DNA of 64,000 nt from a bacterium (GTDB lineage: Bacteria > Patescibacteriota > Doudnabacteria > UBA920), in NCBI GenBank assembly GCA_021825655.1, contig JAKAGU010000003.1, positions 12,014 to 76,013 of the forward strand, in the 5' to 3' direction. The stretch's first letter is position 1. The number at the start of each line of letters is the position of its first letter. A model generated the notes under the pieces. It worked only from the letters and a program-made list of their open reading frames with translations, was not told the DNA's origin and made no database searches. Below are positions 39,609 through 48,891 of this stretch, one piece after another. The position numbers and the translations under genes are program-made.

Positions 39609-39645
39609 GCAGTTCCCCGTTTCGCATTTAGGCTTATGGCAAGGC

Positions 39646-39674
39646 TTGATTTATTTACAAACTTCTGGTATAAT
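39646..39674 (+). promoter_or_regulatory. sigma70 consensus-like promoter upstream of rplY
   Basis: TTGATT, 17 nt spacer, TATAAT. An 85 nt structured leader follows. Confidence 0.55.
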
Positions 39675-39760
39675 TTTTTAGTCAATTTTAACCCGTTTTC
39701 CAATGGCTGCCGGCTGGAAACCCAGCAGGGCGGAAGTAGGGGAAGGGAATAAGGAATTTT

Positions 39761-40435
39761 ATGGAAAAGTTGGAGCTTAAAGCCCAAGCCCGGACAGAAA
39801 CCGGCAAACAGATCAGCAAGCTGAGAAACCAGGGTCTTATACCCGCGGTCCTCTACGGCAAGAAAATCCAGAACGTCAATTTGGCAGTGAATGCCGGCGA
39901 TTTTGAAAAACTGCTGAAAAAGGCCGGGGAAAGCACGATTGTGGAACTGGTAACCGATGATAACAAAAAACATTCGGTCATTATCCACGATGTGCAATAC
40001 CACTTTTTAAAGTCGCATCCCATTCATGTAGATTTCTTCGAGGTGAGCATGACTGAAAAACTTAAGGCCTCCATTGTGCTTGAGTACAAAGGCGAATCCA
40101 AAGCCGTTAAAACTTTGGGCGGCGTACTGATGAAGCTCTTGAACAATGTGGAAGTCGAGTGTCTGCCCAGTGACTTGCCCCACAGCATTGAAGTGGATAT
40201 TTCCCACCTCGATACTTTTGAGAATTCCGTTCACATCAAAGACCTCAAAGTTTCCCCCAAAGTAAAGATCCTCAATCCCGCGGAAGAGACCGTGGCCAAG
40301 GTCCAGCCCCCGCGCAGCGTGGAAGCTGAATTGACCAGCACTGTTTCCGAAGCCGACAAGGTGGCGGAAGTGATTGCCGCTTCAACCCAGAAGAAAGAAG
40401 AAACCGAAGACGGCGCAGGAGAGGCCAAAAAATAG
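39761..40435 (+). CDS. rplY: 50S ribosomal protein L25 / general stress protein Ctc form
   Basis: MEKLELKAQARTETGKQISKLRNQGLIPAVLYGK. Confidence 0.85.
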   Translation: MEKLELKAQARTETGKQISKLRNQGLIPAVLYGKKIQNVNLAVNAGDFEKLLKKAGESTIVELVTDDNKKHSVIIHDVQYHFLKSHPIHVDFFEVSMTEKLKASIVLEYKGESKAVKTLGGVLMKLLNNVEVECLPSDLPHSIEVDISHLDTFENSVHIKDLKVSPKVKILNPAEETVAKVQPPRSVEAELTSTVSEADKVAEVIAASTQKKEETEDGAGEAKK

Positions 40436-40443
40436 TTTTTTTG

Positions 40444-40476
40444 TAAACCCCTCCTTTAAAAGAGGGGTTTTAAAAT
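40444..40476 (+). terminator. intrinsic terminator after rplY
   Basis: aacccctc ctttaaaa gaggggtt plus T-run. Confidence 0.6.
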
Positions 40477-40477
40477 A

Positions 40478-41401
40478 ATGAAACAAAAACTTTTAAAACC
40501 GGTCATCACCAACGAGAAACTGATCGCAGCGCTGGCTGTAATTTTCGCGGTCGTTATTTTCGCTTTTTTCAGAATTTTCTTCTACCAGGGCGCGTATGGC
40601 AACCCGCGGCAGGCCTTGCTGCAAATGCCGGAGGCGGATAATGCGGCGCAAACATCCGGACAAGCGCCGGAGGAGGTCGGTTCTAGGAAAAACGCGGGAG
40701 TGCGGATACCCATACTGCTTTACCGCCACATCGGGCCGGTGGCGAAAGACGCGGATCCCCTGCAAAAGGACCGGACAGTCAGTCCGGAAAATTTTGAGCT
40801 CCAGGTGGCCTGGCTGAGAGGCCAGGGCTACGAAAGCGTAAACCTCAGCGATTTACTGGAACATTTCAACAACCAAAAACCTCTGCCCCAAAAAGCAGTG
40901 GTGTTCACATTTAACAACGGCTACCAGGACACGCTGGCCTATGCCCCGGCCACCTTAAAAAAATACGGCTTTACGGGTGATTTCGGGGTCGTTACCCAGT
41001 TTCCCGGCATTGCCGTGGGCGAGAGCGCTTACGCTTCCTGGCAAGACTTACGCCAAGCCAAAAGCCAAGGCATGGAAATTGTGTCCCAAACCCAGGATAA
41101 TTTTGACGGCACGGACAAAAAATACGATAATGGCTTTATTCTCAGAAACCTGTCCGACTCCCAAAAAGACCTAAAAGCCAGCCTGAACCTTAACCTTCCC
41201 ATCCTCATTTACCCATTTGGACACTATGATGCCCGCTATCTGGGCCTGGCCCGGCAAGCCGGATTTTCAATGGGCCTTACGGAAAAAAGCGGCACACTCA
41301 TCCAAGCCGACAGCCTGATGGAAATCCCCAGGCTCGAGGTACACGGCAATGACAGCCTGGAGACTTTCAAAAAATTAATCCAAACCTCCGATGCCAAATA
41401 A
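40478..41401 (+). CDS. membrane-anchored CE4 polysaccharide deacetylase homologue with degenerate catalytic motifs
   Basis: NodB-fold paralogue of the next gene, but the TFDDG motif reads TFNNG and the H-x-x-x-H motif reads SQTQDN. Confidence 0.6.
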   Translation: MKQKLLKPVITNEKLIAALAVIFAVVIFAFFRIFFYQGAYGNPRQALLQMPEADNAAQTSGQAPEEVGSRKNAGVRIPILLYRHIGPVAKDADPLQKDRTVSPENFELQVAWLRGQGYESVNLSDLLEHFNNQKPLPQKAVVFTFNNGYQDTLAYAPATLKKYGFTGDFGVVTQFPGIAVGESAYASWQDLRQAKSQGMEIVSQTQDNFDGTDKKYDNGFILRNLSDSQKDLKASLNLNLPILIYPFGHYDARYLGLARQAGFSMGLTEKSGTLIQADSLMEIPRLEVHGNDSLETFKKLIQTSDAK

Positions 41402-42287
41402 AAAAATGCTCATACTGGGTTCCGCGGCGGTAATTGTAGCCTTGGCCGCGGCTGGTTTGTGGTATACAAAAAAGCACGCGGTTGCGGGAAACCCGCAGGT
41501 TAAATCGCAACCCGCACAGGAAGAAAATCTTACATACGAAGCCAAATACCAGACCGAGGAAGTTAAACCCTTGCCTGTGCCCCCGCCGCACCGCAGCCTC
41601 AAGCTGCCGATTCTCATGTACCACCACATTGGCGAACCGCCGCCCAATCCGGGCAAAATCCGCGAAGACCTGACTGTCAGTCCGGAAAATTTCCAGCAGC
41701 AGGTTCAGTGGCTGAAAGACCACGGCTACCAAAGCATAAAATTTTCCGAACTCTACCAGTATTCGCTGGGACAAATCAGCTTGCCCAAAAAGCCCGTTAT
41801 TATTTCCTTTGACGACGGCTACCAGGATGTGTTTGACAATGCGATACCCGTCCTGCGCCAGGCTGGCATGACCGGCAGCTTTGCCATTATCACCCAATAT
41901 CCGGCCACCCACAGCGGCACCAATTTTTACGCAAACTGGGACGAAATAAAAGCCGCCCAGGACTTGGGCATGGAAATTGTCTCCCACACCCAGGACCACT
42001 TTGACGGCAAAAACCCCAAATACAGCGCAGCTTTTATTGCCAATAACCTGGCGGGTTCAGTGTCAGACATTAAAGACCACCTGGGCTTTACAACCCACAC
42101 GCTTATTTACCCCTACGGCCGCTACACGCCGCAGTACCTTGAGCTGGCCAAAAAAGCCGGCTTTACGCTGGGCATTACCGTCCATGCCGGCAACACGGTA
42201 GATTTGGATAACCTTATGGAAATCCCGCGCGTCCGGGTGCACCACACCACCACCCTTAAACAGTTTGCCGAAGCCGTGGAAAGGTAA
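41391..42287 (+). CDS. membrane-anchored CE4 polysaccharide deacetylase (NodB homology domain)
   Basis: ILMYHHIG, ISFDDGYQD, SHTQDH, LIYPYGRY, LMEIPRVRV. Confidence 0.7.
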   Translation: MPNKKMLILGSAAVIVALAAAGLWYTKKHAVAGNPQVKSQPAQEENLTYEAKYQTEEVKPLPVPPPHRSLKLPILMYHHIGEPPPNPGKIREDLTVSPENFQQQVQWLKDHGYQSIKFSELYQYSLGQISLPKKPVIISFDDGYQDVFDNAIPVLRQAGMTGSFAIITQYPATHSGTNFYANWDEIKAAQDLGMEIVSHTQDHFDGKNPKYSAAFIANNLAGSVSDIKDHLGFTTHTLIYPYGRYTPQYLELAKKAGFTLGITVHAGNTVDLDNLMEIPRVRVHHTTTLKQFAEAVER

Positions 42288-42290
42288 ATG

Positions 42291-43127
42291 CTAGCCGATT
42301 TTTATTTCTGCGTAACGCCAATGCTTGGCCAAGTCGCGGTAAAATTTTAACCTTGCCTGCGGCAGGGTTTTTTTTATGAGGCTGGATATCCCGTTTTTTT
42401 GCCTTGGGTCAAATTCAATATACGCCCAAAGAGGGCGGGACGGCCTGGCCGCGAGCTCTTCCAGCAGGCGGCGGATTTCCCTGAGGCCCTGCTCCCCGGT
42501 AAATAGCGCTTTTCGCGGCTCAAAGCGCAAGCCCGCGGTTTCCGCCGCTGTATTGTTACGCCAGGCTTTCCAGCCATAAGGCAGGTTGGCAATGAGCACG
42601 TCAAAAGATCCGCGCACGGCCTTAAGCAGGTTACTGCGACAGAAAACAATTTTTACTTTGTGGGTTCGGGCATTACGGCGGGCCACTTGCAGGGCGGCGG
42701 CGGAAACATCGCTGGCTAAATACTTAAAATCTGTGCTGCCCAATTGTTTGGCCAGACTGACAATAATAGCTCCGCTGCCCGTGCCCACGTCCAAAACCCT
42801 GACCTGGCGGTGCGGGTTTTGCGCCTTTAAATTTTTAAGTTTTTCAGCGGCTTTTTCCACGACCCATTCCGTTTCGGGGCGGGGGACCAGCACGCGCTTA
42901 TCCACGCAAAACCTCAGGCCGCAAAAATCCTTGTACCCCAGCAAGTAGGCCGCCGGCTCACCCCGCTGCCTGCGCTTAACAAGTCCTGCCAGGCTGGATA
43001 CTTGGGCAGCCGTCATTTTTTTCCCCGGATGCATAAACAAAAACTCCTTGGGCCGCTGCAGGGCATGGGCCAGAAGGAGTTCAATCTCCAGCTTGGAATT
43101 TTTTTTAAGCGCCTCTCTGATAGTCAT
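42291..43127 (-). CDS. prmC: release factor glutamine N5-methyltransferase PrmC/HemK
   Basis: VLDVGTGSGAIIVSLA, IANLPYG (NPPY-type motif). Overlaps the prfA stop. Confidence 0.8.
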   Translation of the reverse strand: MTIREALKKNSKLEIELLLAHALQRPKEFLFMHPGKKMTAAQVSSLAGLVKRRQRGEPAAYLLGYKDFCGLRFCVDKRVLVPRPETEWVVEKAAEKLKNLKAQNPHRQVRVLDVGTGSGAIIVSLAKQLGSTDFKYLASDVSAAALQVARRNARTHKVKIVFCRSNLLKAVRGSFDVLIANLPYGWKAWRNNTAAETAGLRFEPRKALFTGEQGLREIRRLLEELAARPSRPLWAYIEFDPRQKNGISSLIKKTLPQARLKFYRDLAKHWRYAEIKIG

Positions 43128-44187
43128 TTTTCAGGGCTTCTTTTTTGGCTTCAATGTCGGCCTTTTGCAGGGCAATAATCAGCGGCGAAAGCTCGCCTTC
43201 CATAATCAGGTTAATCTGGTTGAAGTTCTGGTTGATGCGGTGGTCGGTTACGCGGTCCTGGGGAAAATTGTAAGTACGGATTTTTTCCGACCGGTCGCCC
43301 GTACCAATCTGGCTCTTGGTCAGGCTGCGAATTTTTTTGTCCTCAATTTCCTGGTAGTGCGCGGCCACCCGGGCGCGGATGACGGCCAGGGCTTTTTCCT
43401 TGTTCTGTGCCTGGCTGCGTTCATCCTGGCACTGGGCGGTAATGCCGGTGGGGATATGCACGATGCGGATGGCGCTGTAGGTCGTATTAACCGACTGGCC
43501 GCCGTGGCCCGAAGAGGTAGTGGCCTCAATTTTCAGATCCTTGGGGTCAATGGCATAGTCTTTTTCTTCCAGTTCCGGCAGCACCGCCACGGTAATGGTG
43601 GAAGTGTGGACGCGCCCGCTTTTTTCCGTTTCCGGAACGCGCTGTACCCGGTGCACGCCGGATTCATACTTAAATTTGCTATAGGGACCCTCGCCCTGGC
43701 CGCGGCCTTTAATTTCAAAAATTACTTCCTTAAACCCGCCCGCGTCCGAACGGGAAGACGAAACCATAAACGGCTTCCAGCGGTTTTCTTCCGCAAACTT
43801 GCCGTAGGCGCGGAACATTTCCGCGGCAAAAAGAGTGGACTCGTCGCCGCCCGCGCCCGCGCGGATTTCCACAATGCAATTCTTGTCGTCGTTGGGGTCT
43901 TGGGGCAGCAGAGCTTCCTCGATCTCGGCTTCAAGCCGGGCAATCTCGGACTTTAAGCTTTCCGCTTCCTGGCCGGCCAGCTGGGCCATTTCCCGGTCGT
44001 CGGCAACGGCCAATTCCTGGGCGCTCGCTAAATCCGCTTCCGCTTTTTTCAAACGGCTAATTTTGTCCACTACGGGCTGCAGTTCGGCCTGGCGTTTGCC
44101 TAAACGGGCAATATCAACGCCGCCGCCGGCCAGCTGGGCGGTTATGCCGTCATACTCTTCCAAAATTTTGAGAAAAGAAGCTTCCAT
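43105..44187 (-). CDS. prfA: peptide chain release factor 1
   Basis: GGQ motif SSGHGGQSVNTTYSAIRIVHIPTG. The P-x-T tripeptide is RVPETEK. Confidence 0.9.
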   Translation of the reverse strand: MEASFLKILEEYDGITAQLAGGGVDIARLGKRQAELQPVVDKISRLKKAEADLASAQELAVADDREMAQLAGQEAESLKSEIARLEAEIEEALLPQDPNDDKNCIVEIRAGAGGDESTLFAAEMFRAYGKFAEENRWKPFMVSSSRSDAGGFKEVIFEIKGRGQGEGPYSKFKYESGVHRVQRVPETEKSGRVHTSTITVAVLPELEEKDYAIDPKDLKIEATTSSGHGGQSVNTTYSAIRIVHIPTGITAQCQDERSQAQNKEKALAVIRARVAAHYQEIEDKKIRSLTKSQIGTGDRSEKIRTYNFPQDRVTDHRINQNFNQINLIMEGELSPLIIALQKADIEAKKEALKNDYQRGA

Positions 44188-44248
44188 ATTGACTCATAAA
44201 TCTTAACATAAAAATACCCTCCATTACAGAGGGTATTTAAGAACGGAG

Positions 44249-44509
44249 TTATTTCTTGGCTCTCGGCTTCCGGGTTTTCTTGGGCTTGGCTTCAGCCTTG
44301 GCCTTGGCAGCCATGGCAGCGCGCTTCTTGAATTTGTCCACGGTTCCGGTGGCATCAAGTAATTTTTGCTTGCCGGTATAAAACGGATGGCACTGGCTGC
44401 AGACTTCGGTTTGCAGGGTTTCCTGGGTGGAGCCTGTGGTAAAGGTATTGCCGCAAGCGCAAGTAACCTTGGCAGCCGCGAAATATTTGGGGTGAATTCC
44501 TTGCTTCAT
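44249..44509 (-). CDS. rpmE: 50S ribosomal protein L31 with a Lys-rich C-terminal extension
   Basis: [10 protein letters not shown] ... CACGNTF ... [13 protein letters not shown]. Confidence 0.85.
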   Translation of the reverse strand: MKQGIHPKYFAAAKVTCACGNTFTTGSTQETLQTEVCSQCHPFYTGKQKLLDATGTVDKFKKRAAMAAKAKAEAKPKKTRKPRAKK

Positions 44510-44549
44510 AGTTGATTGAAATTTAAGTGCTCACTTATTCTACCACCAC

Positions 44550-44578
44550 TTGCAATTTTGGTCAAGGGATGATATAAT
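44550..44578 (+). promoter_or_regulatory. sigma70-like promoter of the rpsB-tsf operon, followed by a 130 nt structured leader
   Basis: TTGCAA, 17 nt spacer, TATAAT. Confidence 0.5.
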
Positions 44579-44708
44579 TTAAACCACTTTGCTTTTCGGC
44601 CTTAAACAAGCCGAAAATCCGCAAAACTCATTAACCATCACATCCCGAGATTATCCTGACCCGCTATTTATAGCGCGGTTTACGCGGGATGGACGAGAAA
44701 GGATAAGC

Positions 44709-45431
44709 ATGAAAGAGATTACTCTTTTAGACTTGCTTAAAACCGGCGCGCATTTCGGCCACACCACCTCCCGGTGGAACCCGAAAATGAAGCCATACAT
44801 CTATACCGTCAGGAGCGGTATACATATTTTGGATTTGGAAAAAACCAAGCTGGCTTTGACCAAGGCCCTGGATTTTGCCAAAGACACCGCCTCTAAAGGC
44901 GGCACTATCCTGTTCGTGGGGACCAAGAAACAGACCCGCGACATTATTAAACAGGCGGCAACGGACTGCGGCATGCCTTACGTCAATGTGCGCTGGCTGG
45001 GCGGCACCTTCACCAACTTCCGCACTATCCAGAAGACCATCCGCAAGCTGGAAAAACTGGAAAACATGAAAGCCAGCGGCGAACTGGAAAGCAATTACAC
45101 CAAGAAAGAACGTCTGATGGTAGAGCGCGAAATTGAAAAGCTGAAAAAGCTGTTCGAGGGCATCCAGAACTTAAAACGCCTGCCCGAAGCCATTTTCGTC
45201 ACTGACGTGAAGCACGAAGATATCGCCGTAACCGAAGCCAGAAAAAGCAAGGTGAAGGTCGTCGGGCTGGTGGACACCAACTGCAACCCGGACAACGTGG
45301 ATTACGCCATTCCCTGCAACGACGACGCCACCAAAGCGGTGGAACTCATCTGCAGCGCCATGTCGGAAACCATCAGGACCAGCCGGCAGGCTCAGGCGGT
45401 TATGGCTGCCAAGACCGAAGAAACCAAATAA
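44709..45431 (+). CDS. rpsB: 30S ribosomal protein S2
   Basis: [32 protein letters not shown]. The track ORF N-terminal extension is rejected. Confidence 0.9.
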   Translation: MKEITLLDLLKTGAHFGHTTSRWNPKMKPYIYTVRSGIHILDLEKTKLALTKALDFAKDTASKGGTILFVGTKKQTRDIIKQAATDCGMPYVNVRWLGGTFTNFRTIQKTIRKLEKLENMKASGELESNYTKKERLMVEREIEKLKKLFEGIQNLKRLPEAIFVTDVKHEDIAVTEARKSKVKVVGLVDTNCNPDNVDYAIPCNDDATKAVELICSAMSETIRTSRQAQAVMAAKTEETK

Positions 45432-45448
45432 TTAAATTTCAAATTACA

Positions 45449-46030
45449 ATGTCAAACGATCTCATCAAAGAACTGCGGGATCTGACCGGCGCCGGCATTT
45501 TGGAAATTAAGCAGGCCCTTGAAGAAGCGGGCAGCAACAAAGACAAGGCTGTGGAAATCCTGCGCAAAAAAGGCTCCTTGAAACTGGGCAAAAAGGCGGA
45601 CCGCGTAACCAAAGAAGGCATCGTGGAAGCCTATATCCATCCCGGTTCCAAAGTAGGCGTACTCTTGGAGCTTAACTGCGAGACCGATTTTGTGGCCCGG
45701 ACCGAGGACTTTAAAAACCTGGCCAAAGATTTGGCCCTGCACGTTGCCGCTGCCGCCCCTCAGTATGTTTCTTCCGCCGATGTGCCGCAGGAAATCCAGG
45801 ACAAGGAAAAAGAAATCTACAAAGAACAGGTGAAAGGCAAGCCCGAAGACGTGGTGGGTAAAATTTTGGAAGGCAAATTAGCCAAGTATTTCGAAGAAGT
45901 TTGCCTGTTGGAACAGCCGTTCGTTAAAAATCCGGACAAAAAAGTCAAAGACCTGATCGCCGAAGCCGTTTCCAAGATTGGCGAAAACATCCAGGTGCGC
46001 AGATTTTCGCGTTTTGTTTTGGGCAATTAA
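45449..46030 (+). CDS. tsf: elongation factor Ts (short form)
   Basis: [38 protein letters not shown]. Confidence 0.9.
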   Translation: MSNDLIKELRDLTGAGILEIKQALEEAGSNKDKAVEILRKKGSLKLGKKADRVTKEGIVEAYIHPGSKVGVLLELNCETDFVARTEDFKNLAKDLALHVAAAAPQYVSSADVPQEIQDKEKEIYKEQVKGKPEDVVGKILEGKLAKYFEEVCLLEQPFVKNPDKKVKDLIAEAVSKIGENIQVRRFSRFVLGN

Positions 46031-46086
46031 AGATTTTTTGGTAGAATACAACAGGGCGCTATTGCCCTTTTGAAAGCCTTTGCCAA

Positions 46087-46887
46087 ATGTCTTACCACGT
46101 TCTCCCCAACATTGCTTTAATCCTGGCCCTTTTAGGCATCATCGCCATGATTTTAAGGCGCCTGCCCGAAGCGGTGGACGCCAAACAGCAGGAAATTCAG
46201 GAAGAAACCGTGCACGATAAGCTGAGTAAAAAAGGCTTGCCTGTCATGGCTTTTTCCCGGGCCAAAAGCTGGGGCAGATTCTGGGGTCAAAAAATTTGGC
46301 ACTTTGTCCTGGAAGCCAAAGACCTAAAGCCTGCGGCGGCCACTGGCTACAAAATCCGCAAAATGTTCAATTACGGCGGAACGCAAAAAATGCCTTTACA
46401 GAACGCAGCGCTTCCACAAGCGCAGGCACCCGCAACAACCCTGCCGGCCAGTTTACCCAAAGAACCCCCTCGGGCCACTGAACAAGAAATCCTGGACGCT
46501 ATCAAGAAGGAGCCCAAGAACCACAGGCATTACGACGATTTAGGCAAACTCTACCTGGACCAGAAAAACTTCAGCGACGCAAAGGATATTTACCTCTACT
46601 TGGTTAATCACGAATCCGGACACAGCGAGTATCATGCCAAACTGGCTTACAGCTGCTATCAGCTGCGGGAATTTTCCACCGCCGTAGAGCACTATAAAAA
46701 AGCCACGGCTCTTGATTCCACCCACCCAAACCGCTATTATAATCTGGCTCTGTGCCTCTCCGTTTTGGGCCGCCAGGCTGAAGCTGTCGAGAATTTCGAG
46801 AAAGCAGCGGGCATGGAGCCCAGCAACGTCAAGTACCGCCAGGCTTTGGAAAAGGCGAAAGCCACTCTCAACAAACCAGCAGCTTAA
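46087..46887 (+). CDS. membrane-anchored TPR-repeat protein
   Basis: N-terminal TM segment; C-terminal TPR-like repeats (YHAKLAYSCYQLREFSTAVEHYKKA, YYNLALCLSVLGRQAEAVENFEKA). Confidence 0.5.
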   Translation: MSYHVLPNIALILALLGIIAMILRRLPEAVDAKQQEIQEETVHDKLSKKGLPVMAFSRAKSWGRFWGQKIWHFVLEAKDLKPAAATGYKIRKMFNYGGTQKMPLQNAALPQAQAPATTLPASLPKEPPRATEQEILDAIKKEPKNHRHYDDLGKLYLDQKNFSDAKDIYLYLVNHESGHSEYHAKLAYSCYQLREFSTAVEHYKKATALDSTHPNRYYNLALCLSVLGRQAEAVENFEKAAGMEPSNVKYRQALEKAKATLNKPAA

Positions 46888-46889
46888 AA

Positions 46890-46909
46890 AATTATCCCGC
46901 TCTTTTCTG
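46890..46909. repeat. left arm of a perfect 20 bp inverted repeat enclosing tRNA-Thr(GGT)
   Basis: aattatcccgctcttttctg; its reverse complement is at 46988-47007. Confidence 0.8.
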
Positions 46910-46913
46910 ACCT

Positions 46914-46989
46914 GCCGTTGTAGCTCAGTTGGTAGAGCAACTCCATGGTAAGGAGTAGGTCCGCGGTTCAAATCCGCGCAACGGCTCCA
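46914..46989 (+). tRNA. tRNA-Thr (anticodon GGT), CCA encoded
   Basis: Cloverleaf: acceptor gccgttg/caacggc, D arm gctc-agttggtag-agc, anticodon stem actcc/ggagt with loop atGGTaa, T arm cgcgg-ttcaaat-ccgcg. Confidence 0.85.
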
Positions 46990-47007
46990 GAAAAGAGCGG
47001 GATAATT
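46988..47007. repeat. right arm of the 20 bp inverted repeat (overlaps the CA of the tRNA CCA end)
   Basis: cagaaaagagcgggataatt. Confidence 0.8.
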
Positions 47008-47030
47008 TGTTCTTTTACACAACCACATAC

Positions 47031-47116
47031 GGGCAGATGGTAGAGCGGTCAATTACACCTGACTGTAAATCAGGCGCCTTTCGGCTACGCAGGTTCGAAT
47101 CCTGCTCTGCCCACCA
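47031..47116 (+). tRNA. tRNA-Tyr (anticodon GTA), long variable arm, CCA encoded
   Basis: Acceptor gggcaga/tctgccc, anticodon stem cctga/tcagg with loop ctGTAaa, T arm gcagg-ttcgaat-cctgc. Confidence 0.8.
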
Positions 47117-47148
47117 TAAAAAAATCCCGGATAACCGGGATTTTTTTA
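47117..47148. terminator. bidirectional intrinsic terminator between the tRNA pair and ahcY
   Basis: A7 - atcccgg ataa ccgggat - T7. Confidence 0.7.
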
Positions 47149-47157
47149 TGTGTTGAT

Positions 47158-48414
47158 TTAAGTGCCTTCCTGCCAGCTGGCCAGGTATTTTTTTTGCACG
47201 GGGGTGAGCGCGTCGATTTTCACGCCCAGCGCCTCCAGCTTCAGCCTGGAAACGCGTTCGTCGATTTCTTTGGGTACGTCGTAAACCATAGGCCGCAAGG
47301 TTTTATAATTTTTGGCCAGCCAAGCGGAAGTCAGGGCCTGGTCCGCAAAAGACATATCCATAACCGCGGACGGATGGCCTTCGGCCGCGGCCAAATTCAT
47401 AAGCCGGCCTTCGGCAATCAAGAATAATTTTTTGCCGCTGGGCAGAGTATATTCTTCCACCTGGTCCCTCACGGCCCGGTGGGACTTGGCCAATTTTTGC
47501 AAATCGCCCAAGTTGATTTCCACATTAAAATGACCGCTGTTGCCCAAAATCGCCCCGTCTTTCATTAGCTTCATGTGTGTTGCGGTAATTACGTCCTTAT
47601 CGCCTGTGGCGGTCAAAAATACGTCGCCGATTTTGGCTGCTTCCGCCATTTTCATTACCTCAAAACCGTCCATGGCCGCTTTCAGCGCTGGCAGGGGATC
47701 CACTTCCGTAACCACCACCCTGGCACCCAAGCCTTTTGCCCTGAGAGCCATGCCGCTGCCGCAATAGCCGTAACCGGCCACCACCACAATTTTGCCTGAG
47801 AGCAAAACATTGGTGGCGCGGAGTAGGCCGTCCATGGTGCTTTGGCCCGTACCGTAATAATTATCGAACATATGTTTGGTCGGGGTGTCGTTAACGGCCA
47901 CAATCGGATACTTCAGCGCCCCGTCCTTAGCCATGGCTTTCAGGCGGATAACTCCGGTAGTGGTCTCTTCCTGCCCGGCCACCACGCTCTTTAAGAGCTC
48001 CTTGCGCTCGCTGTGGATTAAGGAAATCAAGTCCGCGCCGTCATCAATAGTGATTTGCGGTTTAAAATCCAAAGTCTGGTTCAAACACTGATAATAATCT
48101 TTATTGGAAATGCCTTTCCAGGCAAACACGTTAATCCCGTCTTCCACCAGAGCCGCAGCCACGTCATCCTGGGTGGAAAGGGGATTACTGCAGCATAAAA
48201 CCACCTCAGCGCCGCCCGCGGCAATGGCCTTGGCCAGCACAGCGGTTTCCTTGGTTACATGCAAACAGGCTGCAATAGTCAAGTTTTTAAACGGCTGGTT
48301 CTTTTTAAACTCCTGGGCAATCTTCCGCATAACGGGCATCTCGCGCTCAGCCAAGGCAATGTTAATGTGGCCCTGCTTAGCCAGCTTCATGTCTTTAACT
48401 TTGTATTTGGGCAT
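47158..48414 (-). CDS. ahcY: adenosylhomocysteinase (S-adenosyl-L-homocysteine hydrolase)
   Basis: NAD-binding GKIVVVAGYGYCGSG, HFNVEI, 418 aa short type. Confidence 0.9.
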   Translation of the reverse strand: MPKYKVKDMKLAKQGHINIALAEREMPVMRKIAQEFKKNQPFKNLTIAACLHVTKETAVLAKAIAAGGAEVVLCCSNPLSTQDDVAAALVEDGINVFAWKGISNKDYYQCLNQTLDFKPQITIDDGADLISLIHSERKELLKSVVAGQEETTTGVIRLKAMAKDGALKYPIVAVNDTPTKHMFDNYYGTGQSTMDGLLRATNVLLSGKIVVVAGYGYCGSGMALRAKGLGARVVVTEVDPLPALKAAMDGFEVMKMAEAAKIGDVFLTATGDKDVITATHMKLMKDGAILGNSGHFNVEINLGDLQKLAKSHRAVRDQVEEYTLPSGKKLFLIAEGRLMNLAAAEGHPSAVMDMSFADQALTSAWLAKNYKTLRPMVYDVPKEIDERVSRLKLEALGVKIDALTPVQKKYLASWQEGT

Positions 48415-48536
48415 TTTTCTCTCTGGGATGAATTATTTACCCCAGAAGTATACCAGAAAAATCCTCTTTTTTGTAGAGTTTTAAGCACTGGATTTTTCCG
48501 GGCAATTATGTTAAAATAAAAAACGCTACCAGCCAC

Positions 48537-48612
48537 GCCGGCTTAGCTCATCTGGTAGAGCAACGGTTTTGTAAACCGTAGGTGGTCGGTTCAAGTCCGA
48601 CAGCCGGCTCCA
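48537..48612 (+). tRNA. tRNA-Thr (anticodon TGT), CCA encoded
   Basis: Acceptor gccggct/agccggc, anticodon stem acggt/accgt with loop ttTGTaa, T arm gtcgg-ttcaagt-ccgac. Confidence 0.85.
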
Positions 48613-48704
48613 TAGCCCACTTTTTATTGGATCATAAAAAGTGCAAAGATTTTCCGACGCCCGGTTAATCTTTAACCAATAAATTTTTAACCTTAAATAA
48701 TCCC

Positions 48705-48860
48705 ATGTCCCAAGACCACTTGATTAACCTGGAGTGCACGGTTTGCCACAACCTCAACTACCAGACCAAGAAGAACAAGAAGAACACCCAGAAGCGTTTG
48801 GAATTGCAGAAGTACTGCAAATTCTGCAAAAAGAAAACCCTGCACAAGGAAACCAAATAG
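48705..48860 (+). CDS. rpmG: 50S ribosomal protein L33 (missed by the ORF track, 51 aa)
   Basis: [51 protein letters not shown]: two CxxC pairs and the KNKKN...RLEL...K.C..C motif of bL33. Confidence 0.8.
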   Translation: MSQDHLINLECTVCHNLNYQTKKNKKNTQKRLELQKYCKFCKKKTLHKETK

Positions 48861-48867
48861 TCTTCCT

Positions 48868-48891
48868 GTCCGGCCTTTAGGGGCCGGTTTT
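48868..48891 (+). terminator. hairpin plus T-run after rpmG
   Basis: ccggcc tttagg ggccgg tttt. Confidence 0.45.

Noticed and set aside
43048-43956. Large antisense ORFs: 43048..43956 (+, 302 aa) opposite prfA; 22883..23518 opposite dnaB; 26151..26750 opposite kef; 35475..36164 and 34746..35084 opposite dnaE; 29400..30029 opposite the PEP-CTERM gene.
   Set aside because: Each lies entirely inside a well-supported gene on the other strand, has a biased low-complexity composition (Arg/Ala/Gly-rich) typical of antisense frames of GC-rich codons, and has no recognisable domains.
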